The notes under the pieces: model-generated
Databases searched by the model: none
The model's input: the letters and a program-made list of their open reading frames with translations, nothing else
Told to the model about the DNA's origin: nothing
Origin: Candidatus Xenobia bacterium
GTDB lineage: Bacteria > Vulcanimicrobiota > Xenobia > Xenobiales > QWHO01
NCBI GenBank assembly: GCA_045863235.1
Contig: BTUM01000060.1
Coordinates: 1-48,336, forward strand
Length of the DNA stretch: 48,336 nt
Direction: 5' to 3'
In this document: piece after piece, positions 1 to 11,651 of the stretch
Layout of the letters: each line of letters starts with the position of its first letter
How positions within the stretch are numbered: the stretch's first letter is position 1
Program-made: the position numbers and the translations under genes

Positions 1-11
1 GTCCGGGTCCG

Positions 12-256
12 GGTCAGACCGCGCACGCGAAGGTCCGGGGGATTGCGCCCCGGAGTTGTGTGCGCATGCCCACCCAGGTCAGCGGCGCATGCAAACGTCT
101 GCTCGGTCCGGGGATCCTGGTCAGACCGCGCACGCGAAGGTCCGGGGGATTGCGCCCCGGAGCTGTGTGCGCATGCGCACCCAGGTCAGCGGCGCACGCG
201 AACGTCTGCTCGGTCCGGGGGATCCTGAGTCCTGGTCAGACCGCGAAGGTCCGGGG
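12..256. repeat. ~107-bp direct repeat (2 near-complete copies plus a partial one), REP-like and intergenic
   Basis: GGTCAGACCGCG... begins at 12, 119 and 234. The copies share CACGCGAAGGTCCGGGGGATTGCGCCCCGGAG and contain short palindromes such as GTGCGCATGCGCAC. Confidence 0.85.
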
Positions 257-586
257 TCAGCGAGCGCCGAGCCGAATCCAGCGAGCCCGCCAGTTGCTCG
301 ACTCCGCCCCCACGGTCACGCTGTCGGTGGCCGGATCATACTCGCCCAGCATGCGGTCGCTGCCGGCCTGGTAGTGAAAGCGCGTGGACGAGAGCCAGTA
401 AGCGGTGTACTGTTTGTCGCCCACCTGGATCCAGAACGAGTCCGGCTGGCCCGAGTACGAGACCCTGACCTCGGTTCCCGAGGACGAGCGCCAGTAGCCC
501 ACGATGCGATCGTTGAGGGGCACTGCCTTGGCCAACTGCCAGAGGAGTGCCACCGAGAGCAAGAGCGAGAGCGCACGAATCATCAT
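257..586 (-). CDS. Hypothetical secreted protein (109 aa)
   Basis: Signal-peptide-like N-terminus MMIRALSLLLSVALLWQLAKA. A TACACT -10 lies 6 nt upstream of the ATG. Confidence 0.7.
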   Translation of the reverse strand: MMIRALSLLLSVALLWQLAKAVPLNDRIVGYWRSSSGTEVRVSYSGQPDSFWIQVGDKQYTAYWLSSTRFHYQAGSDRMLGEYDPATDSVTVGAESSNWRARWIRLGAR

Positions 587-652
587 GGATGCAGTGTAAT
601 GCCAGAGCGGTCGACCTGCCGGACGCCAGGGGGGCGCGAAGGGGGCAAGTCC

Positions 653-693
653 TGATCCAGGTCATAGCTGCCCCACCCCCCACCTCCTAGACT
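653..693 (+). promoter_or_regulatory. Crp/Fnr-type box TGATCCAGGTCA (653-664) with -10 TAGACT (688-693)
   Basis: Palindromic TGAY-N4-RTCA 23 nt before TAnnnT, upstream of the pnt/PFOR operon. Confidence 0.8.
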
Positions 694-715
694 CGTAGCA
701 ACGGAGGTGACCAAC

Positions 716-958
716 ATGCAAGACATCGCCACCCAGGGCCACCATGCGGCCCTCAAAGAGCTTCTGGGCGGGGAAATCCCGGCCCCCCTGGCGGAGCTGG
801 TCCATCGGCGGGATACGGCCAAGAACGACCTGGTGGAATACCTCACGGCGGTCGAGTCGGACGCGACGCGCCAGGCTCTTCGGGCTCTGCTCGAGCTGCA
901 CGAGGAGGAGACCCGGTTCATGCTGGCCGTGATGCAGCAGATGCACAAGAGGGCCTGA
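716..958 (+). CDS. Hypothetical small helical protein, first gene of the pnt operon
   Basis: GGAGG at 703-707 precedes ATG 716, preferred over GTG 707. The gene ends 6 nt before pntA2. Confidence 0.65.
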   Translation: MQDIATQGHHAALKELLGGEIPAPLAELVHRRDTAKNDLVEYLTAVESDATRQALRALLELHEEETRFMLAVMQQMHKRA

Positions 959-964
959 AATCCG

Positions 965-1231
965 ATGGACACGCTCTACATCTTCATCCTGTCGGCCTTC
1001 GTCGGCTGGTTGGTGATCGGGCGTGTGCCGGCTCTGTTGCACACCCCGCTCATGGCCGCGACCAACGCCATCAGCGGGATTTCGCTGGTGGGCTCGATCC
1101 TGCTTGCTGGCGGTGACCACGGCACGGTGCCCACGATCCTGGGAACCGTGGCCGTGGCCGCCGCCAGTATCAACGTGATCGGTGGCTTTTTGATCACCGA
1201 CCGTATGCTGAAGATGTTCCGCAAGCCATGA
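965..1231 (+). CDS. pntA: NAD(P) transhydrogenase alpha subunit part 2 (membrane)
   Basis: Motifs LHTPLMAATNAISG and INVIGGFLITDRMLKMF. Confidence 0.95.
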   Translation: MDTLYIFILSAFVGWLVIGRVPALLHTPLMAATNAISGISLVGSILLAGGDHGTVPTILGTVAVAAASINVIGGFLITDRMLKMFRKP

Positions 1232-2586
1232 TGTCCTGGCTGTACCTGCTGGCCTCGGTTCTCTTGATTCTCGGCCTGCAGGGCCTGACCGACCCGCGCG
1301 GGGCGCGGCGGGGCATCCAGCTGGCGGCGCTGGGCATGCTGGCGGCGGTGGGGGGCACCCTGCTCAGCCCCGAGCTCAGGACCTATGTCTGGATCGTACT
1401 GGGCATCCTAACAGGCGGCGCTATCGGAGCGGTCATGGCCATCTACATGCCCATGACCGCCATGCCCCAGCGCATCGCCCTTTCGCACGCCTTCGGAGCG
1501 CTGGCTGCGGTGCTGGTGGGCGTGGCCGAGCACCTGCACCGGGCCGCCGAGCTCAGCACGCTGCAGCACGCCGCGCTGGGATTCGAGGTGCTGTTCGGCT
1601 CGCTGACCGTGACCGGCAGCTTGATGGCCTTCGCCAAGCTGCAAGAGCTCTTGCCCACCGCTCCCATCGTCTACCCCTTCCAGAACGCCACCAACCTCAG
1701 CCTGTTCGGAGCCACGGTGCTGCTCTACGCAGCCCTCATGACCAATCCAACCTCCACCCCGTTGCTCCTGGGCATGGCCGCCCTGGGCCTGGTGGTGGGC
1801 GTTCTCATGGTCTTGCCCATCGGGGGAGCGGACATGCCGGTGGTGGTCTCACTGCTCAACTCCTACGCCGGGCTGGCGGCCTCCGCCACGGGCTTTGCCC
1901 TGGGCAACCAGGTGCTGATCATCGCCGGGGCGCTGGACGGAGCCTCGGGCTTCATCCTCTCCATCTTGATGTGCCGGGCCATGAACCGGTCGTTCACCAA
2001 CGTCCTGTTCGGCGCCTTTGGCACCCCCGCGGCAACTACAAGCCACACCGACCAGACCATCCGCTCGGTGACCCTGGAGGACGCCGCCGTGCAGCTGGCC
2101 TACGCCCGCAAGGTGGTGGTCGTTCCCGGCTACGGCATGGCCGTCTCGCAGGCTCAGCAGACGGTGCGCGAGCTGGCCGAGCAGGTGCAGCAGCACGGCG
2201 GCGAGGTCGAGTTTGCCATCCACCCCGTGGCTGGCCGCATGCCGGGGCACATGAACGTGCTCCTGGCCGAGGCGAATATCCCTTACGACCAGCTCAAGGA
2301 GATGGAGCAGGTCAACCCCGAGTTCCCCTCCACCGACGTGGCCCTGGTGGTGGGTGCCAACGACGTGGTCAACCCGGCCGCCCGCGAGGACAAGAGCTCG
2401 CCGCTCTATGGCATGCCGATCCTGGATGCCGATCGGGCCCGCTCGGTGATCGTGCTCAAGCGCAGCATGAAGCCTGGCTTTGCAGGCGTGGACAACCCCC
2501 TTTTCGCGCTTCCCAACTGCGCGCTCTTGTTCGGAGACGCCCGCGAGACGCTGGGCCGGCTGGTGGCCAGGATGAAGGCGTTATGA
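1228..2586 (+). CDS. pntB: NAD(P) transhydrogenase beta subunit
   Basis: Motifs MTAMPQ, IGGADMPVVVSLLNSY, VPGYGMAV, HPVAGRMPGHMNVLLAEA, GANDVVNPAA. Confidence 0.97.
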   Translation: MMSWLYLLASVLLILGLQGLTDPRGARRGIQLAALGMLAAVGGTLLSPELRTYVWIVLGILTGGAIGAVMAIYMPMTAMPQRIALSHAFGALAAVLVGVAEHLHRAAELSTLQHAALGFEVLFGSLTVTGSLMAFAKLQELLPTAPIVYPFQNATNLSLFGATVLLYAALMTNPTSTPLLLGMAALGLVVGVLMVLPIGGADMPVVVSLLNSYAGLAASATGFALGNQVLIIAGALDGASGFILSILMCRAMNRSFTNVLFGAFGTPAATTSHTDQTIRSVTLEDAAVQLAYARKVVVVPGYGMAVSQAQQTVRELAEQVQQHGGEVEFAIHPVAGRMPGHMNVLLAEANIPYDQLKEMEQVNPEFPSTDVALVVGANDVVNPAAREDKSSPLYGMPILDADRARSVIVLKRSMKPGFAGVDNPLFALPNCALLFGDARETLGRLVARMKAL

Positions 2587-3686
2587 GTATCGTCGGCATC
2601 CCCCGCGAGAGCGCGCGAGCCCTGGTGGCGGTCACCCCCGAGGGGGTGGATCGGCTCACGGCGCTCGGTTTCACGTGCCTGGTGGAGGAGGGCGCCGGTG
2701 AAAGAGCTGGTTTTGCCTATTCGTCCACTGTCTCTCGCCAGGAGCTCTGGGAGCGGGCTGACATCGTCCTGACGCTCGACCCTGCCACCTGGCCCGCTCC
2801 TCGTCCCGGAACGGTGCTGGTGGGCCTGCTGGGGGAGAGCCGTCCCGCGGGAGTGGATGCCTTCGCGCTCGAGCGCCTCCCCCGCATCAGTCGCGCCCAG
2901 AGCATGGACGTGCTCTCCACGCTGGGCACGGCGGCCGGCTACCGGGCCGCGCTCCTGGCCACGGAGCGCTGTCCCCGCTTCTTCCCCATGCTGACCACGG
3001 CGGCTGGCACCGTGCCGCCGGCGCGCGTTCTGGTGCTGGGCGCCGGGGTGGCCGGTCTGATGGCCATGGCCACCGCCAGGCGACTGGGCGCGGTGGTCAC
3101 CGGCTACGACATTCGTCCCGCTGCGCAGGACGAGATCCGCAGCGTGGGCGCGCTGGTGCTGACTCCCCCCGAGGTGGAGCGTCCCGAGTGCGACCAGATG
3201 CACGCCTGCGAGCAGCCCGAAGAGGTTATCTCTCGCCAGCAGGAGGGCCTGGCTCGGGCCGTGGCCGCCTCTCACGTGGTCATCGGGACCGCCTCGGTGC
3301 CCGGGCGGCCGGCGCCGGTGCTGGTTACCCGGGCGATGGTGGAGAGCATGCAGCCTGGCGCGGTGGTGGTGGATCTGGCCCTCGGTAACTGCGAGCTGAC
3401 CCGGGCGGGTGAGGTGTACCTGCACCGCGGTGTGCACCTCCTGGGCCTGCGCGACTTGCCCTCCCAGCTTCCCTATTCTTGCAGCCAGATGCTCGCGCGC
3501 AACCTGGCCGCCTACCTGAGCCTGCTGGCGCCAGGAGGCACCCTGAAAATCCCCTGGGAGGACGAGCTGGTCTCGGCCTGCTGCGTCTCCCGAAAGGAGT
3601 CCCATGCGACCCGACCTGAGCACCCGCTACCTGGGAATGACCCTGGAGCATCCGCTGATCCCATCGGCCTCTCCGCTAACCTTTAG
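2583..3686 (+). CDS. pntA: NAD(P) transhydrogenase alpha subunit part 1 (NAD-binding domain I)
   Basis: Start at ATG 2583 overlapping the pntB stop (MSIVGIPRE). Motifs LPRISRAQSMDVLS, FFPMLTTAAGTVPPARVLVLGAGVAGL, PGRPAPVLVT. Confidence 0.93.
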   Translation: MSIVGIPRESARALVAVTPEGVDRLTALGFTCLVEEGAGERAGFAYSSTVSRQELWERADIVLTLDPATWPAPRPGTVLVGLLGESRPAGVDAFALERLPRISRAQSMDVLSTLGTAAGYRAALLATERCPRFFPMLTTAAGTVPPARVLVLGAGVAGLMAMATARRLGAVVTGYDIRPAAQDEIRSVGALVLTPPEVERPECDQMHACEQPEEVISRQQEGLARAVAASHVVIGTASVPGRPAPVLVTRAMVESMQPGAVVVDLALGNCELTRAGEVYLHRGVHLLGLRDLPSQLPYSCSQMLARNLAAYLSLLAPGGTLKIPWEDELVSACCVSRKESHATRPEHPLPGNDPGASADPIGLSANL

Positions 3687-4601
3687 CCTTGACGGACTCA
3701 AACGGCTGGAGGACGCGGGCGCGCCGGCCGTGGTGCTGGCTTCGCTTTTCGAAGAGCAGGTCGATCTGCAGCACGAGCTGGCCGAGAGCATCCGCCACCA
3801 GGGAGCCGAGTCCTACGCCGAGGCGGTGAGCTACTTCCCGCCCCTGCGCGAATACCGGGTGCAGGCCGACGAGTACCTCGAGCTGGTGGAGGGAGCCCGG
3901 CACCGGCTGGGGATTCCCGTGATCGCCAGTCTCAACGGCTGCACTCCGGGTGGCTGGGTGCGCTACGCCTCGCGCCTGGAGCGGGCCGGCGCTCATGCCC
4001 TGGAGCTCAACCTCTACCACCTGGCAGCCGATCCCGAGCGCTCGGGGGCCGAGGTGGAGCAGCGCTACCTCGAGATCGTGCAGGGTGTGCGTCAACAGAT
4101 CCACATCCCGCTTGCCGTCAAGCTCGGCCCACAGCTCAGCTCGCCGGTGCACTTCGTGCGCCAGCTCGAAAAGGCGGGCGCCAACGCCGTGGTGATCTGG
4201 AACCGCTTCTACCAGTGCGACCTCGATCTCGAGGAGCTGGAGGTGGTGCCCCACCTGGAGCTGAGCCGCTCCTACGAGATGCTCTCGGCGCTCACCTGGA
4301 CGGCGGTGATGTTCGCTCGGGTGGGCCTGGATCTGGCCGTGACCGGGGGAGTCCACACGGTGGACGACGTGCTCAAGGCGCTGATGGCTGGCGCCAGCGC
4401 GGTGCAGATGGCCTCCGAGCTTCTCCATCACGGCCCCGAGCGGCTCGGCCAGCTGGTGCTCGAGCTGGGCCACTGGATGCGCGAGCGGGAGTACCTGTCG
4501 GTGGGGCAGCTCAAGGGGAGCATGAGCCAGCAGCGTGTGGCCGATCCCGCCGTCTACCTGCGGGCCAACTACCTGCGCACGCTGCAGTATGGAGGCGAGC
4601 G

Positions 4602-4614
<13 letters not shown>
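3604..4614 (+). CDS. Dihydroorotate dehydrogenase-like flavoprotein (PFOR-associated type)
   Basis: DLSTRYLGMTLEHPLIPSASPL, ALELNLY, IPLAVKL, TGGVH. This family is commonly adjacent to nifJ. Confidence 0.9.
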
Positions 4615-7991
<3,377 letters not shown>

Positions 7992-8000
7992 GTAGCCCAC

Positions 8001-8167
8001 TCCGGGCGCTGTCCGTGGACTGCGCTGAACAGGTCGCCCATTTCGGGCGCTGGTCCGTGGATAGCGTTGAACAGGGCGCCCAGTTCGGGCGCTGGTCCGT
8101 GGATAGCGTTGAACAGGTCGCCCATTTCGGGCGCTGGTCCGTGGACTGCGCTGAGCAGGGCACCGCA
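8001..8167. repeat. Four tandem ~42-bp intergenic repeats between convergent nifJ and adh
   Basis: (T)TCGGGCGCTGGTCCGTGGA..GCG.TGAACAGG.CGCCCA recurs at ~8001, 8042, 8084 and 8126. The units are contiguous with no unique spacers. Confidence 0.9.
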
Positions 8168-8188
8168 TTCAGGCTTGTCAGAATTCGC

Positions 8189-9148
8189 TCAGCTCATCAC
8201 CAGCACGGCCGCCCCCCGCACCCGCCCCGAGCGCAGGTCGTCCAGGGCCTGGTTGGCCTGCTCCAGCGGGTAGGCCTGCACCTCGGTGCGCACCGGTACG
8301 CGGGGAGCCAGCTCCAGGAACTCGACCCCATCCTGGCGGGTCAGGTTGGCCACCGAGCGCACCACCCGCTCTTCCCAGAGAATGCGATAAGGAAACGAGG
8401 GGATGTCGCTCATGTGGATCCCGCCCAGAACCACCACGCCGCCTTTGTCGACAGCGCGCAGCGACTGAGGAACGAGCGAGCCGACGGGCGCGAACACGAT
8501 GGCCGCATCCAGCTTCTGGGGAGGGAGCTGATCCGACCAGCCCGCCCAGACCGCTCCCAACTCGCGGGCGAACCCGGCCGCCTCCTCGTCGCCGGGGCGC
8601 ACGAAGGCGTAGACCTCGCGTCCCTGGTGGCAGGCCACCTGGATCAGGATGTGGGCGGCGGCGCCGAAGCCATAGAGCCCCAGTCGATGAGCCGGACCAA
8701 CCATGCGCAGGCAGCGGTAGCCGATCAGCCCGGCGCAGAGCAGGGGAGCGGCCTGCAGATCGGGGTAGCCTTCCGGGATGGGGAAGCAGTAACGCTCGTC
8801 GGCCAGGCAGCATTCGGCATACCCACCATCCAGCGTGTAGCCGGTGAAGCCTGGAGCATCGCACAGGTTCTCGCGTTCGGAAAGGCAGAAGCGGCAGTGC
8901 CCGCAGGTCGAGCCCAGCCAGGGAACGCCCACCCGCTGGCCAGAGCCCACCACCCTGCCCACGATCTGGTGGCCCGGAACCAGCGGCAGGCGAGGCTCGC
9001 TCAGTTCGCCGTCTACGATGTGCAGGTCCGTGCGGCAAACGGCGCAGGCTGCTACCTCGAGCAGCACCTGGCCCGGACCGGGCCGGGGCCGGGGGCGCTC
9101 TTCCAGTACCAGCGGGCGGCCGGGCCCGTGCAACACCATGGCTTTCAT
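8189..9148 (-). CDS. Zinc-dependent alcohol dehydrogenase family protein
   Basis: CAVCRTDLH, PGHQIVG, structural-Zn CGHCRFC...NLC, APLLCAG, GFGAAA. Confidence 0.95.
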   Translation of the reverse strand: MKAMVLHGPGRPLVLEERPRPRPGPGQVLLEVAACAVCRTDLHIVDGELSEPRLPLVPGHQIVGRVVGSGQRVGVPWLGSTCGHCRFCLSERENLCDAPGFTGYTLDGGYAECCLADERYCFPIPEGYPDLQAAPLLCAGLIGYRCLRMVGPAHRLGLYGFGAAAHILIQVACHQGREVYAFVRPGDEEAAGFARELGAVWAGWSDQLPPQKLDAAIVFAPVGSLVPQSLRAVDKGGVVVLGGIHMSDIPSFPYRILWEERVVRSVANLTRQDGVEFLELAPRVPVRTEVQAYPLEQANQALDDLRSGRVRGAAVLVMS

Positions 9149-9702
9149 GGGGCTCGTCTTCGAGGTCGCTCGGACGCGACCTTGCGCCCCGCATCTCCTG
9201 GCGGCTCTTACCGATTTGACCGGCGTGGCTTGCAGTTCAAAACGAAGCTGGAGGCAAGTAGATTAGATCGATGGACCATAACCAGGAGGGTGGTTAAATG
9301 ACCATGGGAAAAACGATCGTCATTTTCCCCCAGTTAGGGAGCGTTGCGGATGAGCATCGGGGTGGCTGGTAGCTCCTTGCGGATCTCGTCCACGTCCACC
9401 CTGACGGTCACCCCACCGTCTCCCGGCACGGATCTCTGCCCGGCCTTCAGCGTGCCGTTGCCGTCGATGAGATTCAGGCGGCCCTCCGGGCGTGCAAATC
9501 GGGGCCGCGGGCCCGTTCTCCCCGCTTGTTCTCGGGGAATTCGTAGCCGACCGCTGTGGCGCTGGCAGGTATGTCGATCTGGCTCCAGGTCAAGTTGTCC
9601 TGCAGCGTGACCGGCGGGGCTCCTGACTTGGAAGGCGGCTTGGTGATCTCGCGCTTGCGTTGGCGCTATCGACCTCCTGGCGACACTCAGACCCACCCTG
9701 GA

Positions 9703-9743
9703 TGACCTGGATCATTGCCGGCGGTTCGAAGCCCCTCTACGGT
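9703..9743 (+). promoter_or_regulatory. Crp/Fnr-type box TGACCTGGATCA (9703-9714) with -10 TACGGT (9738-9743)
   Basis: Same motif and 23-nt spacing as the other sites. GGAGGTGA and ATG 9764 follow. Confidence 0.8.
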
Positions 9744-9763
9744 TGAGCATGGAGGTGAAGGTC

Positions 9764-10144
9764 ATGGCGCTCATTCACGACACTCCGCGGACGTTCCACC
9801 CGGTGGCCAGGGTGGAGGATGACGGCACGTTCAACGACAACCCCTCGGCCTACCATCCGGTAGGGCGCTGCGATTCCGATGGTTTGGTGCACGACACTGT
9901 GACCGGGTTCCATCCCGTCGGTCATGTCGAGCCCAATGGCATGGTGCACGACATGCCCTTCCAGTATCACCCCATCGGGCGCATCGAGCGCGACGGGATC
10001 ATCCACGCCCATCCCTACCAGAATCGTCCCGTGGGCCACGTGGACAGCCACGATCCCTATCTGCTCGAGCCCACCGAGCTGGCCGGGGCGGCATACTTCC
10101 TGCTGTTGCGCAACCGGGACCGCAAGCGGGTCCTGGTTCCCTGA
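9764..10144 (+). CDS. His-rich 19-residue repeat protein (beta-flower-like)
   Basis: Five repeats of roughly HDxxxx(F/Y)HP(V/I)G(R/H)VxxDGxV, a C-terminal GAAYFLLL and a good RBS. Confidence 0.75.
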   Translation: MALIHDTPRTFHPVARVEDDGTFNDNPSAYHPVGRCDSDGLVHDTVTGFHPVGHVEPNGMVHDMPFQYHPIGRIERDGIIHAHPYQNRPVGHVDSHDPYLLEPTELAGAAYFLLLRNRDRKRVLVP

Positions 10145-10456
10145 GCTGACCTGCTTGGCTGGCGGGCCCGCTCTGTCAGTCGGGTAGCCGAAGTTGGATG
10201 CAGAGATTCGGGCTCTACTCAGTGTCAAGGGCGCTGCATGTCTGACGAATTTCCGGCCTGGAGTGCAGCCCGGCGGTGCTGTCATACCCCACCCCTGGTA
10301 CCACATCAGTCCCGCCTCTTGAGCGGAATTTTCACTCCTCTCAGCCGGTCTATTTTTGGCAACAATCTTCACATCCCGTAAATCTCATTTTGGATCCATT
10401 CCAGAACCGGGGGGTACCCTCTGAGAATCAACTCGAAACGCAGGAGGAACCCCACG

Positions 10457-11065
10457 ATGAGCCAGATCCCTACGATGAGCGTGACCCTCCAGAGGAACGA
10501 TCTCCCACCATCCTTTGAGCAGGCCTTTCAGGCGGCCAGTTACACGGCAGATCCCACGAGTCACGCCCGGCCCAGGGGAGACGATGGCCTCGAGCTGAGC
10601 GACGAGATGATCGCGAACCTCGATTATGGCTACCACGCCTTCCACCACAACTCATACGTGGACGCCGTCGAGCAGGGCCTTGCCCTGAACGAGGCCAGGA
10701 TGGCCGGGACGAGCGTGGAGGAGATGCCCACGGACATGATCGCCGGCTACTATGGCCTTCACGAGCACAACGGGGACCTGGACGCTGCCGCCGACCAGCT
10801 GATGAGCGGCCTGCTGGCCAGCTACGGCATAACCGACGCGCAGGCCAAGGAGTATGGCTACGAGGGCCTCACACCCGAGTCCGTGCCCGGGCTCAGCCAC
10901 GTTCCTGCCGAACGGCCGACGGCCGAGGGACTGCGGGACGAGGCCGAGTCCATCGATATGGCGCAGGCGGTCACTGACCTGGACTCTCCCGTGAACGACA
11001 CGGAGGACGGAGGCTCCGAGCCCGACGCCGGAAACAAGCCGTCCGACTCCGGCTCCGACCAGTAG
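10457..11065 (+). CDS. Acidic hypothetical protein (202 aa)
   Basis: AGGAGG RBS, gene-like codon usage and a D/E-rich low-complexity tail. No family recognised. Confidence 0.75.
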   Translation: MSQIPTMSVTLQRNDLPPSFEQAFQAASYTADPTSHARPRGDDGLELSDEMIANLDYGYHAFHHNSYVDAVEQGLALNEARMAGTSVEEMPTDMIAGYYGLHEHNGDLDAAADQLMSGLLASYGITDAQAKEYGYEGLTPESVPGLSHVPAERPTAEGLRDEAESIDMAQAVTDLDSPVNDTEDGGSEPDAGNKPSDSGSDQ

Positions 11066-11651
11066 GAATAAGATCACCCGCCTCCGCAACGTGCTCCACA
11101 AGCTCAGCACCCGCCTGGCTGACAACACCTCCCTCCCACCCTGGCGATCCACGAGCTCGCTGGCTCGAGGAGAGTTTGCCGGGAGCCCGCCTGATCAGCA
11201 CCTGGTCGGCCGACTCTCTGGCAGCGGTGCCGCTGGGAGCCTTGCGGCGCATGGTGCGCCAGCGCGACGGGCAGGTGCATGTGTTCGCTCCGGAACCGGA
11301 GGGATTTGAGCCGCTGGGCTGCGCGAGCGGGCCGTGCTCCGAGGGTCGGCGCTGATGCTACGCTGCAGGCTGCTGGTCCAACTCGCCGAGCCCGACCTCG
11401 AGCCCCGCCTCTGAAGCGCTACACCAAACCGCACCTGGCTCTGTCGCTGGGAGAGGATATGCGCCGGCGAGGTGAATCGGGCGCTCCGCCGGTTCCCAGG
11501 GGCGCCTCTTGAGGACCTCGGTCGAGTTCACCCGAGATGAGGATTCGTTTCCGTTTGAGAGAGCCTTGTTTCCGAACCTACGCCGCTGATCGCCAGCCTT
11601 CGGGTGAAAACGAGGCAAGGAGTTCCACGACCTGCTCCCGCCCCTGGCACT

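Noticed and set aside
1971..2582. N-terminal extension of the 571-aa ORF
   Set aside because: It overlaps pntB in another frame. Homology to PntA begins at ATG 2583.
4215..4601. N-terminal extension of the PFOR ORF
   Set aside because: It overlaps the DHODH-like gene. The real start is ATG 4602 with a GGAGG RBS.
8001..8167. Possible CRISPR array
   Set aside because: The units are contiguous with no unique spacers, and no cas genes are in the window.
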